Origin: Balanoglossus misakiensis
Lineage: Eukaryota > Animalia > Hemichordata
Direction: 5' to 3'
NCBI GenBank assembly: GCA_040954595.2
Contig: CM082597.2
Location: 558,001-622,000 of the forward strand
DNA: 64,000 bases
Program-made: the position numbers and the translations under genes
The notes under the pieces: generated by a model
Seen by the model: the letters and a program-made list of their open reading frames with translations, nothing else
The model's database searches: none
What the model was told of the DNA's origin: nothing
In this document: positions 26,019 through 38,267 of the stretch, piece by piece
How positions within the stretch are numbered: position 1 is the stretch's first letter
Layout of the letters: every line of letters begins with the position of its first letter

Positions 26019-29000
26019 AAGAAAGAGAGAGAGATGAGAGAGAGAGAGAGAGTGAAAGGGAGAGAGAGAGATGGAGAGAGTTAGTGAGTGAGTGAGAGAG
26101 AGATTGACAGATAGAGAAAGAGATAGAGACAACGAGAGAGTTAGAGAGACAGACATAGACAAACTTTATACAGAGAGAGAAAAAGACATAGAGTGAGAGA
26201 GACAGAGAGATATCGACAGCATAGTGATCACTTCTGTACATTGTCTTGTCAGTGATCAAAGCCAATGGTCTAGCAGGGGGGAACGGCCTGGCTTGTGGTG
26301 ACCCGTATTGTACCATAGAGATGGACACACCAGTGCAGAAACACAAGACGGCAACGGTCAGAAACACTGCCAATCCTTTCTGGGATGAACACTTCCTTTT
26401 GTAAGTATCCATTTTATTGGCTGGAATAGCTGCTGTTTTCGGATTTTGACGTGTTTGAACCAATCAACTAACTTGTAACTTTCCTGTACAGCGACCTCCA
26501 CAACAACAGCGATGTCGTCAAGTTCACAGTTCTCGACCGAGACAAACCTCAAAATGGTAAGTTGCATTTATAATGTCCAAAGCGTAGCATTGCGAAGGCC
26601 CCCTTTCCTTTCCTTATTTTCATTCATTAACTCGCTTCCTTTCCCATTCCCTCTTTCTTCTCCACTTTCTTTTCTCTCTTCTCTTCCCACTGCCTTGCTA
26701 ATGCCGTTACAAGTTGACAAATTCCTTGGGCAAGTGTCCGTTTCTGTGGATATGCTGGATAGGCTACGAACTAAACTTTACGTTCGGAAACGAACCACCA
26801 ATTATGGCAAGTTCCTGTTCAGAAAAATTAAACTGTTGTCTTTATTTCTATTTCAGTTCGTGATTTCTCCTTTTTTTCATCCCTGATTTAATGTCTTAAT
26901 TTCTCTTTTCCTTTTCCAGTTGTGTTCATATCTCTCTGTTTTTATATTTTTAATAAGTTGCACTTTTTGGTTTGTTTGCCAAAGGTTTGTGTTTCGTGTT
27001 GTCTTTATACACGGGTAATAATACATGACTGTACATGTATATATTAAGGAATGGATGATCAGCTGATCATAACACATTGTAGCACATTCAGAGACCATGG
27101 TTCAGGAAAAAATAGCCACAAATCAAGGCTCAGTTAGGCCAAACATCCATAGATGTAACAAGTGGTTCTCTGACTTTTGTCAATTATGGTATTGCTCACA
27201 TGTATCAAGTATTTCATAATGCACACTCAAGCATGTAGCGGTATGGTCAGTATACCACCCCAATCGACCCCAGCACCAAATACACAATGTTTGCTTGCTT
27301 GTTAACTTGCTTCAGTTGATGTTGTAAATAAGTGAATAGTCTGTCTGTACACATGGTAATCATGATCAGTCACCATTGATTTCCTCAATCTGTGAATATT
27401 ATGTGAAACATTTATACTGTTTAGGAGAAAAGTAATGACTTGATTGTTGCGATTCATTACAAGTTCACGTTGCAAGTTGGAAAGTGGAAATCTAGCCAAT
27501 CACAGGTATGCTCTTGGTTGGCCATAACACCACGACATGGTTACTAAAAGACTTCATGCTCTTTTAACCATATTCATACTGTACTGAAGCACAGAATAAA
27601 TTCTGCAGCTCAGGATAAATTCTACTGGTCTTTCTCGTAACAGATCAGTTTCTGGGAACTGCTGTGGTCTCCATGGAGTCGCTACGCACCAATCCAAGCA
27701 CTCGTCAGATCATCCCTCTACAAGCAAGAAACAACCAAGACAAGAACATCACTGGATCCATCACTTTGGAGGTATGTACAGTGAAACCTGTTATTACAGA
27801 CACCACTCTATTCAGGACACCTCTCTATTAAAGGACAGATTTTTCAAGAGAAAAGTCATGGATTTAGTAGAATATTATCTGTCTATCCAGGACACTTTTC
27901 TATTAACCCTTTCACCCCCAGTTCCGTCTTCAGAGGTCCAACCTTACTATAGAACGCAATGGGCTTGGACTGAACCATGGTGGTGAAAGGGTAATGATAG
28001 GACTGACTCTAAAATTTGACAATTATCACCCCTTTATTTGCGTTATAGTTCCTGTTCATGGAATCAGCCGAAGCTCAGACTATGGCCAACCAGCTCCATC
28101 CCCAGCCTTCTCCACTACGTTCCAAATACCAAGGTACGCCTACTAAGAAAGTAGAAACCGAAAGAACAGTCACCCCTACAGGGACTGTCATCACCACAGT
28201 AACCACGACAACAGCTCGCCCAAAGTTGACAAAGGATCGGAAGATAAGTGGGCCCTCACTAAATGGTAGGCAAGACTTCTCAATCCCTTTCTACCACAAG
28301 TCTCCCCTGTCGACTATACTATTTTCCTTACTGCTGTCGATTTTGTCAAGTTTGTTTCTTTCTTGGATAGAGTTGGTTTGTTTATCTTTCTTTCATTGCC
28401 TGTTGCTTTTTTCGGCTTACACCTATAAACTCAAAGTATTTGCACACCTTTGTACATTTATGTTTTGATTTAATATGCAGTTTATTTTTCTGTGTGATGA
28501 TAAAATCCAACAATCTGTTCTTACACAGGGAAAGAATATCCTAGCTTTATAAATAACACAAAAGATACCAAAAATATAAAGTCATACTTAAATAAACAAT
28601 CTTCAATCTATAACAAACCAACAAAAAGTAACGATAGTTGAAATAAATTATATTATTAATGAAGGTAGGAAATATAAAATTAAAATCATAATTGTTTATT
28701 TCAGTACAAAATACAAAGAAAAATATGGGTATTTTAAATTAAACTTGTTCATGTTAATTTTAGCAAATTTGAATATCAAAATATTTGCGAAACAAGTAAT
28801 AGTTCAAATCTGTAAAGAACACAGCAGTTTGAAGGAGAACCAGTCAAATTTTCTGTTCCAAGAATCGACCCCTGTCTGTCTCGCTCCCACTTCCATCCAA
28901 GCAACACCAGTGGTGATCTGTTTTTTGGGTTTCCAGGTTCTTTATTAATGTATGCCATAAAATATGCATGTCATGTGACAGCATCATGGCCAATCATATT

Positions 29001-32000
29001 GGATGGTTTTCAGTCCTGATCATGTGATTGAAATCCTTCTTTATGATTGGTTGGTAAGTCTATCCATCATAGAAAGTTGCCTATCTTCAAAGTAAGTCAA
29101 AAATTTCTTAAAGCTCATAACATCAGTTAAGTGCTAGTAATATATGAAGTTCCACATTGATCGTCATAAACTAATTTTTTTCTACATGCATAGTGCATGA
29201 TTAAGCATGAGATGCATTGTATTTTTTTTACCGTTTTAGATGCATGCATGTATCTGCTTAATGATATGTATTGCTTTATCATTTATTACACTTTTTTACA
29301 AATTGACTATTTTTAATTGCATGTATGATTCTAACCTTGTCTCTATTCACTTATGATACTTTGAATGTTCTGTTTTTCTTAACCTTTTTCTTTCTTCCTT
29401 CTCCCCGTCCACTGTCCTGTGTGTGCGTGTGTATTCTATTGACCTCTGGCCTTTGAACTTTGACCTGTGCTAACACACGACCTGCTCAGTAGGTGTAACT
29501 GACTACTTCATCGAAGTACCAGGCAAGCACATTTAAACCAATGGATATTGTACAATTTGGCATCAGCAGAGAGATAACATATTATGTATAGTTAACCTAA
29601 CTTGTGTTTTGTTTATTAATCACAATTATATAGAGTGACTGTTCTGAAGTTTAAATTCAAAATGGTGGACCAACAAAATGGCAGAATGTAAAGGTCACAT
29701 GGGTCATGACCTTGCAATAAGGTCGTGTGTGACTTGCATGACTTTTGACCCTAGCATGTGACATCTAACCTCTGAATGAAGGCTTGTTATTGGTTACATG
29801 AATCTCATTCCTCGATAGATGTTCCAGCCCAAGTAACGAAAGCAAGCGTCAACGATCAGTCCCACACTCATAGAGGCCGCTCCGTCTCGCCAGCTCGCGA
29901 TCGCGAACGCAATTCGACGAACGAACTCAGACCTCCGAGTATGAACGACTCAGGTGTTTCAGCATCTGAACAAGGTATGCATCCAGTTGAATAAATTACT
30001 TGAAAGAAAATGATTAGTGAAAGAGACTGCAATGTTGATGGCTAGATATGTGATGATTACATGTTGATGTCGATGTTCTTGTTACATGTTAGTTCACAAG
30101 TGTTTCATCTCCGCACTTGTTTTTCCAAATGCTGTGCAGAAACGTTTAACTTCTTGCATGATTATAAGACGTTTATTCTTGTTTGTTTTCTTCAGTGTTG
30201 TAAATGTGAATAATGTCCCTCAGTGTGACATTTTCTTCACATCATAGTCTGTTGTGGACTTTCTCCCGTTTTGCTTAATGTTGATTTTGCTAGTGGAACT
30301 AGCACCCCTAGTCTACAGTGCCTTCTTTTTGGTCCAACTTGAGGTACTAGGTGGTCAGTTATTGCAAGATTGTACTGGTTATAACTTGCTTGCGCTTGTC
30401 TTGATCATCACTATAGCTTTTGATGACATGGATGAGCTAGGGGAACTGGCTCCCCCAGCTTTACTTTTCTAACTGTGCTATTGATGATAGTGACTGTGCT
30501 AGGGGGACTGGTGTCCTTAACTTGCTTGTTTTAAACTTCGTATCTTTGGCGTGGCCGTAGTTGATGTCCGTGTGTATTCTTGAGGTAGGGGAATCGATCT
30601 TGTGAGTACTTGTCTTATACTAATTGACTTAACGTGTACAGTGGATGCTCTTCTGGCCCGCATGTACAACCCAGCCCCCTTTAATTCTGATAAGAGTCTT
30701 TTTATTGATGTTGTCAATTTTGTACAGAATTGTCGCTAATCAATAATACCGATGAATCTGTTGCTGACACTGCAGTCCGACATCTTACAGAGCAAGCACA
30801 GCAGAGAGCGCGTACGCCGACCAAAAAAAGCACCTTGATCATACAGGGAGTATCCAGGGTGAGTATTTCCCATCATTCCTTGCCAATTGAGGTACGGGGT
30901 AAGAGTAAGTTTGGTACTTCTTTCCTCAAGTTGATTTGAGGGGACTCTTCTGTATAAACTTGCACGCTTTACATCAACAGAGGTGCAAATGACTTACTTT
31001 TTCACATCATCTCCTGTCTATTAATTCCAAATCACTTCCTTAACAGTATATCATGTTGTTTGGATTCAAGCAGGTTTTCATAATTAAATGTTTGCATTTT
31101 GTCAAAAATAATACACAGTAGTATTAGTTTAAAGTCCAATTATCTGTGCATCATGTCACTTTAAAGGAATTGCGTTATGTGGTATCACTGACCTTTGACC
31201 TCTATTCATCCAAGCCATTAAAAACAAAAGCATTCAACCAGTGTCTGATTGGCGGGTAATGCTGTAAACAATTGGCAAAACTTTTTGAGGTGTTTGATTT
31301 GATTTGGATTTTTGCATGGCATGCTGGTAGCTTTAGATCATAGTAAAGAAATGGATGCCCTTAAAATATAAGTCAAATAATTATAATTATCACATAAAGA
31401 ACGATAAAATATGACAAGTGCAGAAGAGTGGTCCATACCTACCCACAGATCAACCTATCTCCACTAAATTCAATATGCAGTAGGTCTGACCCCAACATCC
31501 CCATCGAGAAATGGATCAGTCCAAATCCTATTATTTGCTGCTGTGTATTTGTAAAATTAGTTGTGCTAATTTTATATTTTCTTTTGCATGACCTTATGTT
31601 GTTTATCATGGTTACCTTGGCAACATAAGGATGATGATAAGGTAAATTTTGCATACTTTGTTTGAGAGTTATTTTGCTTCTGTGTTACCCAATTAAGTTA
31701 TTGCTGTTTGTAAGTTCAGCAATAGTTGTTTGTAGGTGTAGAAATGATTTTGTTGTCCTGTCCATGTGTGTTGCTTGTTTGTATTCATCCTTCAACGTTT
31801 TTGCCCGAGAATTGGTTTGTGAATAGCATTCTGTAAATGTCAATACTCGACTTTTTAAGATCCTGGTTACAAGGGAGTTTAGAAATCATCAACAGTGAAC
31901 AGTAAATCTTTCAGTGGGTCCACCAACATGACAAACTGTTAAAATTGCTGTTCTTAGGCACACAGTACATCAATCTCTAGTCTAACAAAACAATAAACTA

Positions 32001-35000
32001 TCAATAATGCCTTCACTGTGCTATGTCTTTTTCATGCGAACATTTCAAAATCACCAAGCTTGCAATGCAATGCTTGTAAACACATTGAACATTATAATGT
32101 CTACTCCTCATGTTGTAAAATGTTTGACAAATATGTACCACTCTCGGCAGAATTATATGCAAACATGTTTTCCCATGTTCCAACGCTTCCTTGTCAACTT
32201 ACATCATGCTCTTTCGAACTTGAAAAATAGAACGTGCTGAGTATTTGACAAAGAGAATATACCACAAGTCAAATAAATTATTTTGTGAAATCATTTTGTA
32301 ACATCTGAGTACATGAACAGTTCCGAGTATACACACAACAACTAGATTCTTGAATAAAACAATGGAACCAAGGTAATGATGTTTCTTGCTGTACTGCATG
32401 GTTTCATTGCAGACTCCTGTTGATGAATTACAACCTCCAAGTCCCAGCCCGAGTCCGAGTCCAACACCAAGTCCTAAAAATAGAAAAAGCAGAGGTAAGA
32501 ATGAGGGCCAATCAGAATGTGCATCTCACGATGGCAATAGTAGTAAACATACAGTGTACTGAGACACTTTGTGAAAGGAACAGTGATTGGCTAATTCCAA
32601 TGATGTATTTTCTTGAATATGCGAGTGTCTAATTCTTTTTCCAGCGGTTCTTTTTGTGTAACTTTGTGGACAACAGTAAAGTTATAGCTTGTGGCAATGT
32701 CGGGAATCTTGTGTGACTTGTTTGTCTCTGCATATTAGGCACATCACCCCAGAGAAGCAAAAGACGATTTTTCAGCTTCGGAAAGAAAGACAAGGAAAAA
32801 GACAAAGATAAGAGACGAACCAATTCACATGGTGATCTAGTCAAACCAGACAAATCACACACATTACCATCAAAAGCAAAAGATAGCCTTCAAGTTCCAG
32901 GTCAAAAATCAGCAAGATCAGCCAGTGCAGGTATCTCATAACTAATCCTGTCACCCCTCCTCTTATTTGTTGCATGTTTTAGCCCTGGCATGGAGTAAGT
33001 GCCTTGGACTCTCCCATTATATAATAATGGGTAATGTGTCTATCTGTAAATGTAAACTGTTTGAAGAGAATGTGTTATGTATGTTTTGCTGTGTTGTAAA
33101 GTTGCCCGATTTGTTTAATTTCTTTTGTCACTTCCCTTGTGATGTTCCTGTCCATCAACCTGTCTTACCCCAGATTTTCAGAATGATGGAATGACCTTGT
33201 CAGATTTTTAGGTGGATTTTTCCACTTGCTAATGGGGGTAATAGCCAAGAAGACTGATTATGTGCCTGTGGTCTGCTTTCTGCTTATCTTGTGAGTAGAA
33301 AAACGCATGCTGTGCTAGGGAGTTTTGTCATTTAAGCTGAATGAAATATGCGCTGACTCTTTTTGGAAGCTTAGGGGTGCATTTCAATCTCATTGGCTAA
33401 TGCTTATCCAGCCAATTTGCATAAAGCATCCATAACTTGTCAAGAAAAGTATTGTGAAATTTCTGACTTTGCATCAATCTTTGTGAAAGGAGTCTTGAAT
33501 TTTTCTAGGAATCAGTGATAATCTTGATGTTGACTTCTTCAAAGAGGAAATTGTACCAAAAAGAGATTATTTCAATGGTTTGATTTTTCAGAGTCGGAGC
33601 GTTTGGTCTGATCATCGCATGCAATACAAGTACATCACATGAAAGGAAGTTAAATTTTGTCATCAATGGATAAACTTCATATATTTCAGAATGAATATGT
33701 ATCTGTCAGTTTTATGTTTAAGATTTAGTTAAGAATTGTCCAAGATTTGGGAATACTGATATTTTTTAGCAATGATCTGTCTTGTCATTGTGTAAGTTTA
33801 TGTTCTGGTGATTATTTCATTTGAAGATGGTACAGAGATAGTATATTTAATTTATTTTAGTTTGTGGATACAAACTTACAATTTCACATTGTTTCTTGTT
33901 TTTCAAAGTATTTTTAGTATGGATCAATGTGTTAAACTTGTATTCAAATTTATCATGGCCTTATTGGCTACTTTTGCATATTTGTCATTTTGATAACAAG
34001 TATGTGAGATATGTTTGTAATATCGCTGTCCTTAAGCCACCCACAGTAACTGCAATATTGATGCTAGAAAATACAAATCATTAAATTATTAAAACTTAGG
34101 TTGGAAACTGAAATAGGGTCTGAGAGGGAAATGGGAAAGATAGCTTTGTTATTAGTATTGATGATGATAATAATGACTTGATAAGATTAGATTAGATAGA
34201 TTAAGGTATGGCTAGGTATGAGAAAGAATTAGAGAAAGAATTATATATCAGTTAAAAACTTGTATTTGTCATTTCAATTATACATTCAACTGAGTATATG
34301 CCATGGGTACACGCTGTGGAATCTCACCAAATTGCCATGGAAGTAAGACAATCTAAATAGAAATAACTGAGGCACAGATGAATTAATTGCTACATCCAAA
34401 CCTAAATTATTAATTAGAGAATTGATCTCTTTGTTCCCACCAAGTTTTGATCGGAAATGCAATATTTCCAAAACATCTGGTTTTAAGAGATATTATCCAA
34501 AGAAAACCTGACATTGCAAATATTAATTTAAAAATACTTTGCCATTTAAATTATAATAAACTTTAAAAAAATCTATTTATATTTGAAATATGCAGTACGA
34601 AAATAGTTATAGAGGGTTAAACTGAATGACATAGTAAAAGAGTTAGATAGTTTAAATTATAGATTGCAACAGCTATGTACACAAGTCGTAGAGGAAGATT
34701 TAAAAGTATGTTATTTATGACAACAAAAATGATAGTATAATTGCAGACAGTTCTTTTGAACTGGGTTTATGTGTAAGTTGTTTATTCTGAATTTTCTTCA
34801 ACTCCAGTCTTTCAAGAAGGTCAAATCATGAGGAGTAATTATCTTGCCATAGAAATGTTATATAGACATTCTGGACGAATTAACCATCCTGAATCTGAGC
34901 ATTAATAAATGATTTTCCATCTTGTATCATTGAAGAAAATCTCCATTATTTTGCAAATGCATATCAGACTAATTTCTTTGTTACTTGGTCATGTTAATGT

Positions 35001-38000
35001 TTTCATCTGTCAGCATATTTATTCTTTCTTGAATCGCAAATAAATCACACTTTCATTGTTGTATTTCTTCTTTCACATTGTGTGTGTGTCTTTTTGTGTT
35101 TCTTGTGTTTCACACCATTCTCATTCATGACTAATCAAGAGAAGATGGTAGATGGTACAGTTGGCAGTGGACTTTAGAAAGAAACGTGAAATGCAAAAGC
35201 TATGTGTAGCAGCCAGCCACATTATTTAGTCACTCTAAAGGTAATGGAGGGTCATTGTCATAATTGAATGATGTGGACAGGATGTGATAATGCTCCATCA
35301 AGCAACAAACTAGCTGATGCTGTGTAGTTTACAGTGCGTTACATCTGAAGGGAAGACCATCAATGGTTATTGGCATCCACCAACTTCATTCAGGAGAAAA
35401 AGTAATACATCTTTTGACAGTGGTTTGGTTAATACAGCAAACTAATTTCATTGTAGTGCAATGACCAATTATGTTAACGAACATTTGAAATCAATCAGAC
35501 CTTATCATCTTTGTACTTTTTGTACATTTTGGCCTGTTTGAGTTTCTTTTGCTACCTTTCGTTTCATTTATCTCACGTTAACTCCTTCTTGTTTTGCAAT
35601 AATCTTTGCTTTCCTTGCTAATGTTTCTCTGCTTTCTCAACCTGTTGGATTATATCGCTCTTTAGTGCTGTCTTCCAAAGGCAAGTGCATGATTTTCTTC
35701 TCTCGCATGTAATCTGGCTGCTGTCATGCATGGCATTCACATATTGTTTATCTTCAAACCCGACATGTTTCCACTCAGGCATATGACTGCATGCATATTT
35801 TGCATAATTTATGATTTTGCGTAATCTTTCACTTCTGTCTCAATTTCCAGGAAGATTTCTCGGTGTTTCGGTACAAATGAATATCCTAACATAATCATAT
35901 GTCATGTTAACTAAGTTAACTACTGTAAAGTTTCATGTAAAATTGTTAGCCGTGATTTACAGGGTTTTCCTATAATATTGTATTCTTTATTTTGATAGTT
36001 TTTCATGGTATGTAATTCTGTAAGAGTAATTATTCTCCAGATCAACACAAACTAAAATGTAATGAAACCTTAACGCTGACACACCTGTTTTCGTGTATGT
36101 AGATGAAAAGTCCATTTAGACTAACTGTTCATTGATTATGCTATGTAAGTTTTCTTCCTCAAGCAGATTTTTCCCCTTGTATGTTACCTCCCCACCCATA
36201 ACTGTAAGTGTTTGTTTGTTGTCATTTATGTTCCTTCAAAGCAATGGTGTTAATGGATTAGAATTGAGATTTGGGTGTTTCCCTTAGGTGTTACTGTAGC
36301 TTTTGTTACTGTGTTGTTTCTAAGACTCCTGGACATCACATATGTTGTTTGACTCAAGCCACACCCATGCCTTGACCGGTGGGTGGGTCTGGATGTGCCC
36401 GATAGACGTCCAAGGGTTAATGCTGATGGTGTTGCATGCTCTACATCTTAGACAACATTCTACCCGTCAAATCCAGACTTCTCTATTATTCATGTACTTT
36501 TTCAACTAACTGGCGTAGGCAAGATGGATTAAAACACTTGAAAACAACTGCCTGTCATATGGCAGTTAGGTTCTGTTCAGATACCTATCAGTTTCGGACT
36601 CTGTCTGCTGTCGACTTAACTGGTCTTTCAGTATCTATCTCTGGTGCAGATGAATTGGGAAGAAATATAAATTACCCACACATCAAAGAGATTGTACATT
36701 ATTCTACCTTTCTCTGTCATCTTTCAGGTGAACTTTCCATCAACAATAAACATGAGGGAAGAAGTGACACCAGCAGTCTTCGATCAACAGGAAGTCGAGG
36801 ATCACAATTTAGTTACACACCAAATGAATATTCAACACTTGTCATAGAGGCCCTTGAGAATGGTCGTGTAAAGTAAGTTTCACAAAATGTGGTGATTTGC
36901 GAAAAAAAATCAGATTGTGTAATCAGTGCAGGGCTGTGGCAGTTTGACTGCAAATATTCACTGAAAAACTTGTGGAAACACTTGTGGTCTGTGAACTTTA
37001 TCAAGTGTCTATGTGATGTAACTTCAGTTTTTGAAGATGTGAAATTGAGATGTTAACATACCCTGCCTTCCTGTTATTTGTTCTCCACAGGCATTATTTA
37101 ATACCAGCTGCTCTCGCAAAGGGTGGCAGATATGAATTAAAAGGTGCCAAGCTTCATGTGTATAATGATCACTGTTTTGTAGCCACACATTTTACAAGTG
37201 TAGTATCGTGTGAAGTTTGCAATAAAACTTTGACCAGGCGGATGGGAAAGCAGGGTTACCAATGCAGAGGTAAGTACAAAGAATCATCGATTGATTTTTG
37301 CCCCACAAATACAGTCAAACCTGTATAAGTGGCCACCTCTATATGTTGCCACTTTGTTACAGTCTCTGTGCAATTTATAAAGGCCACCTGTCTGTGAAGG
37401 CCAGTTTAGTAAAGTCCCTTGACTGGCCACTATAGGCATTAAACAGTACAAGTGCGACATGTGTGACTGTTCTGTATTTAAACAAACAATCAGCATTGTT
37501 CCACTGATCAAGGAGACCCTGCCAACCAATATAATTTTCCTGTTTGGTTTCCACAGATTGTAAACTTGTAGTGCACAAACATTGCCATTTTAAGACAGAA
37601 GAACATTGCCCTAACAGCAGAGTTAGTACTATGGAAATGTAAGTACTCTTGTTTTTGATATCCTTGTCATTTTGCAATTCAGTTGGTACATGCACCGGTA
37701 TATGCCCTGTATAGCACACATTCTGAATGTATGAATATTGAAACCGTGAGAAAAAGGGGGAGTGTTGTGTCTTTTTGTTGTTTGTTGTGCATCACGACAT
37801 ACATGGTGTTGATTACAAGGACGTGTTGAATCATCTTGTGTGCTAAATTCTTTCCGTTTAGGACTAAATACAGTCCTCCGCCACCAAGAAGGCGATCCCT
37901 GAGTTTAGGGAGAGGTCGAAGCCGGAGTCGGGAAAGGAGATATGACCACGAGGAGAGCAGTGTTATTTCAGAACCGAGCTCTGAGGCGAGAGATTCTCTG

Positions 38001-38267
38001 AAATCTGACCCTAGCTCTCCCACCTCTGAGCAAGCGGCCATGTTTGCCAGCGAGTCGGGCAAAGCAGGAGATCCACACAGAGCCAGTTACACGATGATCG
38101 AATCTGCTCCTCCTCAGAGCCTGTTGCCACAGCAATCATCATCCCCACACAGCACGGCATCAGAAGCCTATTTCCTAGCCGAGGAGTCCAATCCTTTCAC
38201 TGTCCGCGAAGACCACACTGATCACCATTTATCTCCACCAGGGATGGCAGGCGGACACTTTGAATGA
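13574..38267 (+). CDS. C2CD2L: TMEM24/C2CD2-family ER-plasma membrane lipid transfer protein (TM-SMP-C2-polybasic region-C1), core model ~956 aa
   Basis: Core exons 13574-13948, 23850-23945, 24100-24219, 25238-25342, 25559-25711, 25836-25926, 26253-26400, 26492-26556, 27644-27771, 28049-28265, 29819-29974, 30728-30858, 32413-32494, 32739-32930, 36728-36872, 37091-37269, 37557-37638, 37862-38267 (2871 nt, in frame). N-terminal TM helix; SMP start ETCDWVNS...WLKALNDQ..KQGSSVQVTF; C2 RLLVKVIKANGL..DPYC.IEMD.P.QK.KT...NPFWDEHF; family motifs VADTAVRHL and KSTLIIQGVSR; C1 HCF...CEVC...QGYQCRDCKLVVHKHC...C. Probably co-ortholog of vertebrate C2CD2 and C2CD2L. Confidence 0.85.
14377..15050. repeat. 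~50-bp direct repeat pair enclosing ~570 bp with three CAAAATGGCCGCC motifs
   Basis: aatcaatata..aaacaaaacacccttttgtcagtgtaggaagcattgct occurs at about 14379-14430 and 14999-15047. Between them lie a poly-G run and CAAAATGGCCGCC near 14618, 14643 and 14682. Confidence 0.65.
22036..22118. mobile_element. Truncated copy of a ~90-bp TTAA-flanked MITE
   Basis: Starts TTAACCCTTTCACC; internal sequence is reverse-complement similar to the 27903-27994 copy; right TIR incomplete. Confidence 0.6.
25986..26210. repeat. (GT)n plus degenerate (GA)n microsatellite in an intron
   Basis: Directly visible dinucleotide runs. Confidence 0.95.
26714..26806 (+). CDS. Candidate 93-nt cassette exon of the C2CD2L-like gene (second copy of the C2 'FLG' strand)
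   Basis: ~100-nt pyrimidine tract, AAG acceptor, phase 1-1, reads VDKFLGQVSVSVDMLDRLRTKLYVRKRTTNY, GC-type donor G|GCAAGT. Confidence 0.55.
27777..27900. mobile_element. TA-CAGT-ended (Tc1/mariner/pogo-like) MITE fragment
   Basis: Begins tacagtgaaacctgt with internal acacc(a/t)ctctatt subrepeats; related ends at 37310, 49400 and 58270. Confidence 0.5.
27903..27994. mobile_element. ~90-bp MITE with TTAA ends (piggyBac-like termini)
   Basis: TTAACCCTTTCACC ... GGTGAAAGGGTAA terminal inverted repeats; two other copies in the window. Confidence 0.7.
29493..29522 (+). CDS. Candidate 30-nt microexon of the C2CD2L-like gene (GVTDYFIEVP)
   Basis: Pyrimidine tract, CAGTAG (NAGNAG) acceptor, phase 1-1, donor AG|GCAAGC, several flanking TGCATG. 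Confidence 0.45.
35666..35680 (+). CDS. Candidate 15-nt microexon of the C2CD2L-like gene (VLSSK)
   Basis: Long pyrimidine tract, TTTAG acceptor, phase 1-1, donor AAG|GCAAGT, TGCATG at 35686, 35727 and 35788. Confidence 0.5.
37310..37445. mobile_element. TA-CAGT-ended MITE fragment with GTGGCCAC subrepeats
   Basis: tacagtcaaacctgtataagtggccacctctata...ccttgactggccacta; matches 49270-49412 and the reverse-complement end at 58250-58280. Confidence 0.6.

Noticed and set aside
35141-35155. Another 15-nt microexon (EKMVD) after a GACTAAT branch-like site
   Set aside because: Frame-compatible, but the donor (GTACAG) is weak and the branch-to-AG spacing is very short; not supportable without reads.
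13574-38267. PDZD8 or extended synaptotagmin as the identity of the SMP gene
   Set aside because: No PDZ domain and only one C2 domain were found; the WxxALNxQ and KSTLIIxGVS motifs match the C2CD2/TMEM24 family.
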